The notes beneath the pieces are model-generated. The model searched no databases and was not told the DNA's origin. It was given only the letters and a program-made list of their open reading frames with translations. Both the position numbers and the translations under genes were made by a program. A stretch of DNA of 50,682 bases. It comes from Coraliomargaritaceae bacterium (lineage in GTDB: Bacteria > Verrucomicrobiota > Verrucomicrobiia > Opitutales > Coraliomargaritaceae). The stretch covers positions 1-50,682 of the forward strand of contig CBFHKU010000001.1 in NCBI GenBank assembly GCA_965656495.1, in the 5' to 3' direction. Of the stretch, positions 7,868-16,614 are shown piece after piece (position 1 is the stretch's first letter; each line of letters starts with the position of its first letter).

Positions 7868-8836
7868 ATGAAAAAAAATCGTATAAGCATACATGCATTG
7901 GCAAAACATTTAGGGGTTTCGCCCGGCACCGTTAGTCGCGTCATTAATAATCGGGATCGTGTGAAAGCTGAAACCCGTGAGCGTGTTTTATCAGCAGCCA
8001 AGGAACTGGGGTTCGCGCCACAGGCAGCTGCCCGCAGGCCTGAAATTTCAATTGTCACGGAGGAGGATTATCTGGATCGAATTACCGGTTATTCCGCTAG
8101 CTTGGTTCAACATTTGTCCTTCAAATTGACGCGCAAGGGAATGAATATTCAACTGCCGGAACAGATTGATGAGGGCACTGAAACTGCATACATCAATGGT
8201 GCGATTGTCGTGACACACGGTGCGCACGTTAATCCTATAATGAAGCGCCTGGAACGCAGGGTGCCGACCGTTCACTTTGATCTCTTTGAAAATGAGGAGA
8301 CACGTTATGTTGTGCGATCGGACCACGAACAGGCGGGCTTTTTAGCAGCGTCACATTTTATTGAAACGGGTCGCAAAAAACCGGCCATTCTGTGTCCGGA
8401 TGGGCAACCGCCAAACCGTCAGCGAGTAGCAGGCTTTAAGCGTGCACTTGAAGGAGCAGGGCATAAAGCCAATGACTCGCAATGTGTATGTATTATTAGT
8501 TCCGGGGAACAGTTTTTCTCAAGTATCGATCGTTTGATCAAATCCGGGGTGGATGCAATTTATGTGCCGGGGGCGAGCCTGGAAGCCTTGGAGGCGCTTC
8601 ATATCCTGACCTATGTCATGAAACTGAAAGTCCCGGAAGAAGTTGCGCTTATTGGTGGTGAAAATAGTCGAATCTCCAGTTTGCTGAATCCACCACTGAC
8701 GACGATTGAGGAACCGCTGGAGCAGCTGAGTGCAGAGGCGGTTAATATGTTGGAACAACTCCTAAGCGGACAGACCCCTGAGCAGCGACACATAACCCTG
8801 CCGGTACGTTTAATTCGACGTGTTACCGGTGGTTAG
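7868..8836 (+). CDS. LacI-family transcriptional regulator
   Basis: HTH SIHALAKHLGVSPGTVSRVIN; C-terminal VPEEVALIG, PPLTTIEEP sugar-binding domain. Confidence 0.95.
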   Translation: MKKNRISIHALAKHLGVSPGTVSRVINNRDRVKAETRERVLSAAKELGFAPQAAARRPEISIVTEEDYLDRITGYSASLVQHLSFKLTRKGMNIQLPEQIDEGTETAYINGAIVVTHGAHVNPIMKRLERRVPTVHFDLFENEETRYVVRSDHEQAGFLAASHFIETGRKKPAILCPDGQPPNRQRVAGFKRALEGAGHKANDSQCVCIISSGEQFFSSIDRLIKSGVDAIYVPGASLEALEALHILTYVMKLKVPEEVALIGGENSRISSLLNPPLTTIEEPLEQLSAEAVNMLEQLLSGQTPEQRHITLPVRLIRRVTGG

Positions 8837-8931
8837 AGTGGTGTAATACGGTTGCTAGTTTCTGATTGCGCATAAAAAAAGGTACTGGTAAATTTAGGAG
8901 ATAAGGAAAAAATTAAAATTTTTCTTGACTA

Positions 8932-8950
8932 AAGTAAAACTGTTTTACTT
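8932..8950. promoter_or_regulatory. perfect 19-bp palindrome AAGTAAAAC-T-GTTTTACTT, putative LacI operator
   Basis: Lies just downstream of TTGACT (8925-8930) and 32 bp upstream of the first PEP-CTERM gene; related copies at 15053 and 32367. Confidence 0.8.
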
Positions 8951-8982
8951 GATTATTGAATAATATTAGATAAGAGTATGTC

Positions 8983-9693
8983 ATGAAAATAAAACTACCC
9001 CTTGTTTTGATAATCTTTGTTTCTGTTACGTCTGTTCAGGCACAGGAGCTACTTGCTGGTTGGGATTTTTCTCAACAAGATGCAAATCGAGATCGTCCTT
9101 CAGTTGCTGCAACAGGTGTTCATGTCTTTCAAAGTTCTTTATCAAATTTTACTTTTAATGGTAATAAATACTCTAGTAATGGTCTTTGGGGAACAGCAGC
9201 ATTAAATCCTCAGTCTTCAAAAACCACAACGGTAAGTACTTCCTTGAAGCAAGGCGTTACTGCAATTCAGGATCTTACCTTAATCCTTGATGCGGGAAGT
9301 CCAGACTACCTTTTATCCTCTTTGAATTTTCAATTCTTAATACCTTTTAATAATAGTGCCCGTGATTTAAAGGTGTCTTATTTAAGTGGACTGGACGGTG
9401 CCACAAATGCCGTAACTCTTTTTTCTTTGAGCAACTCCGTCATAGTTGATGACTGGGCGGGTCAAGATATTGATTTAACAAATTTTTTCTCAGAGTCTCA
9501 ATTAACCATTTCTGCTGGTGACAGTATCGTTTTTAGATTTGATTTTACTGATCTGGATAAAAGCGGTTCTTCATTTTTGGATAATATTGCCATTGTAGGT
9601 TCTGTTGTTCCTGAAGCTCATAGTTATAGCCTAATATGCGCTTGTATAGGTTTGATTACAGTCATGGTCAGAAGGGCAAAACTGTTTCTGTAA
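8983..9693 (+). CDS. PEP-CTERM-type surface protein 1
   Basis: Signal peptide ending VQA; C-terminal VPEAHSYSLICACIGLITVMVRRAK (variant PEP motif, TM helix, basic tail). Confidence 0.85.
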   Translation: MKIKLPLVLIIFVSVTSVQAQELLAGWDFSQQDANRDRPSVAATGVHVFQSSLSNFTFNGNKYSSNGLWGTAALNPQSSKTTTVSTSLKQGVTAIQDLTLILDAGSPDYLLSSLNFQFLIPFNNSARDLKVSYLSGLDGATNAVTLFSLSNSVIVDDWAGQDIDLTNFFSESQLTISAGDSIVFRFDFTDLDKSGSSFLDNIAIVGSVVPEAHSYSLICACIGLITVMVRRAKLFL

Positions 9694-9763
9694 AGTATCA
9701 ACATTCAAAACCAATTCATACTTTTTGAATAATAAAACAATATTAACTAAAAATAGAAATGCC

Positions 9764-10516
9764 ATGAAAATAAAGCTACCCCTTACTTTGATAATCCTTG
9801 CTTCAATAGCGTCCGTTCAGGCACAAGAGTTATTAATAGGATGGGATCGCTTTAATAATCCTACTGGCGGAACAACTACAAATACCCCTGGATATAGTCT
9901 AACAGATATCGCTGGTACAATTACGTATAGTGGTACGACTGTAGCTCCCGAGTGGAAGCGCTCGAGCAATGGTTCCAATGATGGCACGTTTGGTGGCTTT
10001 GCGGGACCACCCAATGCCGACAACACCAATACGGATGGGTTTTTTGGCACGCTAGAGCCTGCCAATGCGGATGCGGATGGAATTACCCTTAGTTTTACGA
10101 TAGAAAATAACACGAGTGTGGATTACTCGCTGGCATCGTTTGAGTTTGATGTTTGGAGAGCCTTTGGAGGTTCACCCAGTACCATAACGCTCAGTGTTGC
10201 ATCGGGTTCCATCAGCACCGGACTCATTGAAACTACCGGAAATTTTAACCAACTAGGCGCAGCTACATTGGGGAACGCGAATAATTTCGACGATCATTCC
10301 ATAGACCTTACAGGGCTTACAGACAGTATTTTGGAGGCGGGAACGAGTGCCACTTTCACTTTTACGGTAAATGATCAAGCCCCAACCAAAACCGCGGGGG
10401 TGTATTACGATAATTTTGGAATCGTGGGCGCAGCAGTGCCGGAACCCGGTAGGTATGCTTTGCTTGCGGGTTTACTGGGACTTGCAGTTGTTCTTATTCG
10501 TCGAAAAACAAATTAG
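9764..10516 (+). CDS. PEP-CTERM surface protein 2
   Basis: Start re-called to ATG 9764 because the leader matches protein 1; C-terminal VPEPGRYALLAGLLGLAVVLIRRK. Confidence 0.9.
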   Translation: MKIKLPLTLIILASIASVQAQELLIGWDRFNNPTGGTTTNTPGYSLTDIAGTITYSGTTVAPEWKRSSNGSNDGTFGGFAGPPNADNTNTDGFFGTLEPANADADGITLSFTIENNTSVDYSLASFEFDVWRAFGGSPSTITLSVASGSISTGLIETTGNFNQLGAATLGNANNFDDHSIDLTGLTDSILEAGTSATFTFTVNDQAPTKTAGVYYDNFGIVGAAVPEPGRYALLAGLLGLAVVLIRRKTN

Positions 10517-10577
10517 AGTGCCTCGATCAGGGAAGGAAGTAAGCAGTTTTCATTACAATTGATATAAATACACCATT

Positions 10578-13340
10578 GTGGATAAAAATTTCAGATGCAT
10601 AATTTGTTTTCTATTCATTGGATTATCACAGGCGATTGCGCTGGATGATGCGGAAGGTGTGAAAAATGATCCGGCGGTGCTGGATGCCCCTGAGATAACT
10701 GAGAAAGAAAAAGAAGCGGAGACAAAGGGGAAGCAGGCCAGTGCAGAAGCGCTTACAACGGATGAGGAAATTTATATTTTAAATGACTTTGAGGTTAGTG
10801 CGGAGCAGGACAGGGGCTACCACTCTGCTCACACGCTCTCCGGTTCACGAACCAGTGCCTTGATAAAGGACACGCCGATGACGGTCACTGTTGTGAACGA
10901 AGAATTGATTGAGGATCTTAATTTAACGGGACTTTCTGATCTAAGCAAGGTTGTCGCTGGTATGGAGCGGGACTCCGATCCATTTCAGTTGGGCAGTGCC
11001 CAGAGTTCCAAAATACGAGGCATACCCTCTTCGCGACCACTCTTTGATTTTTTCAAGCGTGACTTGAATATGAACCGCTACAATATGGGGCGTACCGAGG
11101 TGGCGATTGGGACGAACTCGCTCGTGTTTGGCCAGGCAGAACCCGGAGGGAAAGTGAATGTTTTGCCCAAGCGGGCAGTATTTATAAACGACAAGACGAG
11201 CGCAAATCTGACTTCCGGAGATCATCGGTTTGAGGGCAGGTTTGATTTAAATAAACAACTCAACGATGCATTTGCGGTTCGTGTAATGGGCGTTAGCACG
11301 ACCAAGGACAGCCAGAATTCATACGGGGAGTCGAATTATGATGGCAGTACGGTGGCGCTAACCTACCGTCCGTCTCCAAAAACGTCCGTTCAGTTACATT
11401 GGGAGGCTGCCAGACAAAAGAATAAACTGGATGTACAGAAGTATCTGGATAATTCGGCATCTGGAGGAACTTTGAGGAAAACAATAGAAACCCCTGATAG
11501 GTCCAGTTCTTCAGGTCTCTTTCCCGGCAAGGTAATTATCCACGATCCCAATTTCGTTCAATATCTTCCTCAGGCATACGTTGATGCCATCTCGGGCTTG
11601 GGTGGTGACAACGCGACTATTACATTTAACAGTCGTCAGGATATTTATGACTATATGCTGAAGAGCGGTGTCACTTATCAGAATCTGGGTGATTTTGCGG
11701 AGGGGCAAAAAGCACAGGAAAAAGGCTATCTGGGCATTGTAAACTTGATGCATGTTTTTACCAATAACATTCAGGGTAAAGTTTCATTCATGCATGAAAA
11801 AACCAAGACGGACTATACTCGTCAGACAAGTGGAAGTATTATACTGCATGACGTTAAGGAGGACAGCAAAGGCTTCGATATCCTCACGCCCGAGATGGAG
11901 GCAGCAGACGAAACCCATATTAGTCATGGCTGGCAAGAGGAAGATCTGGAGTTTCAATCCAGTGCAATTCGTGCAACTTTGAGTTGTGATTTCGAATTAG
12001 AGAAATCGAAGCATCAACTTCTTTTTGGTTTTGATTATGATTATACGAATCGGGATAAGGATTTGTATAAATTAGTACGTTTTCAGGATGCAACTTTTGC
12101 TGCTAATTATTCATTTGGAGATTTTTATAGCATCAATAATAATCTTACCAAAGCCGACGGTTCTCAGGTTTATGATTACTACTCGTTGAGTGCGGCGCGG
12201 GGTCGTGTGCCAGGGTTTAACATGAGTAGTGATGTGGTTCTCAGTTCGGGAACAAGGTATGGTGTGGGCGATCCCGGTCAATGGGCATTGCAATCGAGCG
12301 AGTCACAGAAAGTGGATATTTTAGCGGGATGGATGGCAGTCCAGAGTAAGTTCTTGAGTGGACGCCTCAATACGATGGTAGGTCTGCGACTTGATTTAAC
12401 GGAAATCGACATCGACAAGACCGTTTATCAAAGAACAAACAAGAATGATAATCCGGCAGATAGCCGCTTTAATATTGATGAATCGCGAACCTATCGTTCG
12501 GCGAGTCCAACCGCGGGGGCAGTCTATTGGTTCACTCCAAGCTTTGGCGTTTATGGCAGCTACTCGCGATCTATTATGTCGCCAGATGGTGTTCAGGTCG
12601 ATGCCTTGGGCAATACACTGCCGCTTACAATTGGAAAGGGCGTGGATTTGGGCTTTCGTTTTGAGCTATTGGACGGGAAGCTTTATGGTGACATAACGGG
12701 GTATCATATTATTAAGGAAAATGACAAAGGCAGGACGCTTGCCTCGGATCAGGACGTGATAGATTACTATGCTGCCCAGAGCATAATAGTCGATGTTAAT
12801 GACCTAGCAAATAAAATCCTGCCCGGTACGACATTGCGCGCACAGGGAATTGAAACAAATTTGAATTATAATCCGAATAGCGAAATTTCGCTGCGATTTA
12901 GCTACCAAACGGGGATCTCTGACTATAAGGAAACCCCACTGGATCTGGCGACCGGTGAATGGGTGCCCGGCACTTCACGGCACAACTTGCGCTTTACCGG
13001 AAAATACACTTTTAGAGATGGAAAGCTGCGGGGAACCTATGTTGGTCTTAACCAGAGCTACGCATCCAAAAGCTTTTATGATGCCTTTCGCCTCAGTAAC
13101 AAATCAGAGGATATTGAAGACTTTGACCTTGAAAAGTATACAATCTGGTTACCGGAAACCTATAGCACGGAGATTTTCTGCGGATGGAAGGGGAAAATGC
13201 CCTGGGCGAAGGGACGAAACGCAGCACTGTATAATATTCGTTTGAATGTTGAGAATGTATTCAACCAAATACGTTTAAATCGACGCGGCAGCTACACCAG
13301 CGGGCGCGAATTTGCCTTACAGTTTGGTGCTGAATGGTAA
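10578..13340 (+). CDS. TonB-dependent receptor (Opitutae type)
   Basis: Signal peptide; LNDFEVSAEQDRGYHSAHTLSGSRT...DTPMTVTVVNEELIEDL plug; amphipathic beta strands; terminal W. Confidence 0.92.
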   Translation: MDKNFRCIICFLFIGLSQAIALDDAEGVKNDPAVLDAPEITEKEKEAETKGKQASAEALTTDEEIYILNDFEVSAEQDRGYHSAHTLSGSRTSALIKDTPMTVTVVNEELIEDLNLTGLSDLSKVVAGMERDSDPFQLGSAQSSKIRGIPSSRPLFDFFKRDLNMNRYNMGRTEVAIGTNSLVFGQAEPGGKVNVLPKRAVFINDKTSANLTSGDHRFEGRFDLNKQLNDAFAVRVMGVSTTKDSQNSYGESNYDGSTVALTYRPSPKTSVQLHWEAARQKNKLDVQKYLDNSASGGTLRKTIETPDRSSSSGLFPGKVIIHDPNFVQYLPQAYVDAISGLGGDNATITFNSRQDIYDYMLKSGVTYQNLGDFAEGQKAQEKGYLGIVNLMHVFTNNIQGKVSFMHEKTKTDYTRQTSGSIILHDVKEDSKGFDILTPEMEAADETHISHGWQEEDLEFQSSAIRATLSCDFELEKSKHQLLFGFDYDYTNRDKDLYKLVRFQDATFAANYSFGDFYSINNNLTKADGSQVYDYYSLSAARGRVPGFNMSSDVVLSSGTRYGVGDPGQWALQSSESQKVDILAGWMAVQSKFLSGRLNTMVGLRLDLTEIDIDKTVYQRTNKNDNPADSRFNIDESRTYRSASPTAGAVYWFTPSFGVYGSYSRSIMSPDGVQVDALGNTLPLTIGKGVDLGFRFELLDGKLYGDITGYHIIKENDKGRTLASDQDVIDYYAAQSIIVDVNDLANKILPGTTLRAQGIETNLNYNPNSEISLRFSYQTGISDYKETPLDLATGEWVPGTSRHNLRFTGKYTFRDGKLRGTYVGLNQSYASKSFYDAFRLSNKSEDIEDFDLEKYTIWLPETYSTEIFCGWKGKMPWAKGRNAALYNIRLNVENVFNQIRLNRRGSYTSGREFALQFGAEW

Positions 13341-13364
13341 GCGGCAGATTGATCTGGCTGCTCC

Positions 13365-15014
13365 TTATTTGATTTTATCTGTTGTGAGCGTAGTACGTGG
13401 TTTGCTGCGATGGGCGATGTAGGCGGCTTTAAGGGTAGCCACTGTTTGCTTATGATTCGGGTCGTGTAGCAGATTCCGGTTTTCGTTCTCGAGGGGATTC
13501 TCATTTAAGTTGAAAAGCGCAATAGGGATGAATTCTTTCGGACGCCATGCCTCGGCGCGCTTTAGCCAGTCGCTCCGGCTCATGTAGTGCCCGGAGCCTG
13601 TTTCAACTCTGGCTTTTAAAACTAATTTCCAGGGACCCCGGTAGTAAGCCAAGTGGAACTTGCCGTTACTTTGTCCCGTTATCGTGTATTCACGGCGTGC
13701 AGTTGTTTCCTCCTTGCCAAAAAGGGCAGGCAGGAGATTGTGTGAATCGAGGCCAATGTCCTTAGCAGGTGAAGTTCCTGCCAGGGCGGATGCGGTGGCA
13801 ACGATGTCGTGTGTCAATGTGGGCTCGGTCGCTACGGATTGGGGTTTGATTTTCCCTGGCCAGTATGCGATGAAGGGTACGCGGTGGCCTCCCTCCCAGA
13901 TGTCGCCTTTTTCGCCACGCAGTCCCATGGTCGGGTCGTGTCCGGATTGCTCGGTACTTGGCACTTGTTTGAGCATGCCACCGTTGTCGGATGTGAAAAT
14001 GATAAGGGTATTCTTAGCCTCGCCGGATGCTTCGACCGCTTCTAGGATGGTTCTAACCTGAAGATCGAGTTCATAAATCATATCAAGGTGCGGGGTTTTC
14101 CCGTTGGTGGTGGTACCTTTAACGGGCGTACCCATAAACTTTGCTGGAGGGTTGTGAGGGTGATGGACCGCTTGAGTGAAATAGAGGAGAAAGTAGGGTG
14201 CCCCTGAGCTGTGATCTTCAATGAACTTTTTGGCTTTACCTGCGAGCAGGGGGCCAATTTGCCTCGCATCCCAATGACTGTCTCCAATCCCTTCTTTTTT
14301 GCCAAGCTCGGCGCCTGCTGGCATGTCGCTCCATTTCAAGGGCTTCAATGTTGAATCATTGGCCAATGGTAGCCATTGGGCGTTTTCGTAAACTGCATAT
14401 GGAATATTTTGAATGCCGGCAGGAAGACACAGGGAATAATCAAAGCCGAGTGCCCGCGGATAGCCACCGGCCAGTTGGCGTGCATCAAACGCTCCATCGG
14501 TGCCATAAATATTGTGGGTATAAATTTCATGCGAGTTGTTTTGATAGAAATCACCCCCAAGATGCCACTTTCCTATAAACCCCGTCGTATAACCGGATTC
14601 TTTAAGGGCTGTTGCAACGGTATTGCCATTTTGAAAGGGCGAAGTGTTGAAGCTGGCCCAGACGCCCCACTCATCATAACTGCGATGCGAGTAGTTACCG
14701 CTCAGGACGCAATAGCGAGTAGGGGAGCACAGTGCCGTAGAAGAATGGGCACGTTCAAACCGCATTCCATTTTCAATTAGTCGATCAAGGGTGGGGGTCT
14801 CTACGTAGGTCTTTCCTTTATTGAATTGCTTTTGATAAAAACTGAGATCCCCAATTCCGATGTCATCTGCCATAATAAATATAATATTAGGGCGTGGATC
14901 CGTTTTCTGCCTTAATGGGTTTTGCGGCAGCATAGCAGCAATACTGACTAATGGGAATATGGAATAGATCCATGTTGCGGAAAATAGGGTTCGCCATTGC
15001 AATGTAAAATTCAT
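13365..15014 (-). CDS. S1 (formylglycine-dependent) arylsulfatase
   Basis: PNIIFIMADDIG, CSPTR, GKWHLG, FTSDNG, GEKGDIWEGGHRVP; start re-called to ATG 15014. Confidence 0.93.
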   Translation of the reverse strand: MNFTLQWRTLFSATWIYSIFPLVSIAAMLPQNPLRQKTDPRPNIIFIMADDIGIGDLSFYQKQFNKGKTYVETPTLDRLIENGMRFERAHSSTALCSPTRYCVLSGNYSHRSYDEWGVWASFNTSPFQNGNTVATALKESGYTTGFIGKWHLGGDFYQNNSHEIYTHNIYGTDGAFDARQLAGGYPRALGFDYSLCLPAGIQNIPYAVYENAQWLPLANDSTLKPLKWSDMPAGAELGKKEGIGDSHWDARQIGPLLAGKAKKFIEDHSSGAPYFLLYFTQAVHHPHNPPAKFMGTPVKGTTTNGKTPHLDMIYELDLQVRTILEAVEASGEAKNTLIIFTSDNGGMLKQVPSTEQSGHDPTMGLRGEKGDIWEGGHRVPFIAYWPGKIKPQSVATEPTLTHDIVATASALAGTSPAKDIGLDSHNLLPALFGKEETTARREYTITGQSNGKFHLAYYRGPWKLVLKARVETGSGHYMSRSDWLKRAEAWRPKEFIPIALFNLNENPLENENRNLLHDPNHKQTVATLKAAYIAHRSKPRTTLTTDKIK

Positions 15015-15052
15015 ATAATTAGAGGTGAAGTAAATAAAATAATTTTTTATAT

Positions 15053-15094
15053 TAATAAAACTGTTTGACAAATAAAGTCCAGCATTGTTTTAAT
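15053..15094 (+). promoter_or_regulatory. operator copy TAATAAAAC-T-GTTTGACAA (15053-15071) overlapping a sigma70-like promoter for the catabolic operon
   Basis: TTGACA 15065-15070, 18-bp spacer, TG-n-TTTAAT 15086-15094; lies in the divergent intergenic region. Confidence 0.7.
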
Positions 15095-15139
15095 TATTGA
15101 ACCACCTCGCTCTGTTTCAGCACAAGAATTCCATTGTTT

Positions 15140-16603
15140 ATGCTAGTCCCGAAAGCTATAAGTTCAAACACAGTGCCCTTGTGGGAAAAGTGTGCGCTGG
15201 GCTTGGGCACCTTATCAGGGTTCTTTGGCTTTGCTGGCATTAGTATTCTGGCGTATCCAGTTTATAACATGGTGCTTGGTCTAGAACCGGCATTGGTGGG
15301 TTTGGCTTTAATGATACCCCGCCTATGGGATGCGGTAACAGACCCCATTATGGGTCGAATCACGGACAATTATCGCTCCAAGTGGGGACGCCGTCGACCT
15401 TTCATTATCGGCGGTTCAGTCTTGATGGGCATTGTTTTTGCGCTGACTTGGATGGTGCCGGAGGAGTGGAGTAGCACCTGGAAAATTAGCTATCTTATCG
15501 GGATGCAATTGATTTTCTTCAGTTGCTATACTGTTTTTGCGGTTCCCTATACAGCACTCACCTATGAAATGACGCCGGACTACAATGAGCGCACGACAGT
15601 AATGTCCTTTTGTGCTTTCTTTCATAAGTTGGGAGAACTTGCCTCGGGTTGGATGCTACCGCTTGCGGGTTTTCTTAGCGTCGCATTGGTGGCGGGTGCC
15701 AGTGATCTGAATCGCAGCGGCATTATAACGATGGGTGTTTTTGTAGGCGTCTTTTTGCTTGCACTACCCGGTAGTCTTTCGGGGTTCTTTGTAAAGGAGC
15801 GTTTCAAACACAATGTCGTCGAGGGCGAAAAGATAGAGATAATCCAGGGAATTAAGGACGCGGTCAAAAATCGGGCATTCGTAATTCTGGTTGGTATTAT
15901 TATTCTCAATACATTGTCGGGGATAATTGCCTCGGGTATCGACCAATACCTGCTGGTCTACTACATGCATGGTGGTGAGAAGGCGGTAGGCTTGATGCAG
16001 AAGGGCCTTCTTACGACCGGCTATGCGGTGGTTGGCTTTCTTTCCATTCCAGTCATCTCATGGTTGGCTTCGCGTTTCGACAAGAAGGGTGCATTGGTTT
16101 TTGTGTATACGCTGATGATGGTGGGAGCGGTGGCAAAGTGGTATATTTTTCAGCCCGGACATCCCTTAATTGAGATCGGACTGATTCAGGTTTCTCCGAT
16201 ACTCTTAATTGATCCCTTGCTCTGTGGACCCATGTGGGTGGCGGTTAAGATTTTACTGGCTTCGATGATGGCGGACATCTGTGACTCGGATGAACTGAAG
16301 AATAGGAGTCGCCGGGAAGGCATGTTCGGTGCGGTGTTTTCCTGGCTGGAAAAGATGATCGTTTCGTTGGCGTTCTTTGGAACCGGCATTGCTTTGAGCT
16401 TATCTGGTTTTGCCGCTGATCTCGGAGCAAATCAATCACCTGAAACTTTCCTCAGTATGCGTCTCTTTTTGAGTGTTGCGTCTGGGGTTACCGCACTGGC
16501 GGCTTTGATTGTTCTGTATTGGTATCCAATAAATCAGGGAGTTGCAGCGCGTACACGCATGGAATTGGAAGCACGCCGTGGAAAGGTGAGTGCCCTGAAT
16601 TAA
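15140..16603 (+). CDS. glycoside-pentoside-hexuronide (MelB-like) MFS sugar:cation symporter
   Basis: PRLWDAVTDPIMGRITD, SKWGRRRPFI, VPYTALTYEMTPDYNERT, MMADICD...RREGMF; many TM segments. Confidence 0.93.
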   Translation: MLVPKAISSNTVPLWEKCALGLGTLSGFFGFAGISILAYPVYNMVLGLEPALVGLALMIPRLWDAVTDPIMGRITDNYRSKWGRRRPFIIGGSVLMGIVFALTWMVPEEWSSTWKISYLIGMQLIFFSCYTVFAVPYTALTYEMTPDYNERTTVMSFCAFFHKLGELASGWMLPLAGFLSVALVAGASDLNRSGIITMGVFVGVFLLALPGSLSGFFVKERFKHNVVEGEKIEIIQGIKDAVKNRAFVILVGIIILNTLSGIIASGIDQYLLVYYMHGGEKAVGLMQKGLLTTGYAVVGFLSIPVISWLASRFDKKGALVFVYTLMMVGAVAKWYIFQPGHPLIEIGLIQVSPILLIDPLLCGPMWVAVKILLASMMADICDSDELKNRSRREGMFGAVFSWLEKMIVSLAFFGTGIALSLSGFAADLGANQSPETFLSMRLFLSVASGVTALAALIVLYWYPINQGVAARTRMELEARRGKVSALN

Positions 16604-16614
16604 CTTTTGAATTT

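Noticed and set aside
13341..13364. Possible bidirectional terminator between the TBDR and the sulfatase (CAGAT-TG-ATCTG)
   Set aside because: Short stem, 2-nt loop and no clear U-tract; not supportable
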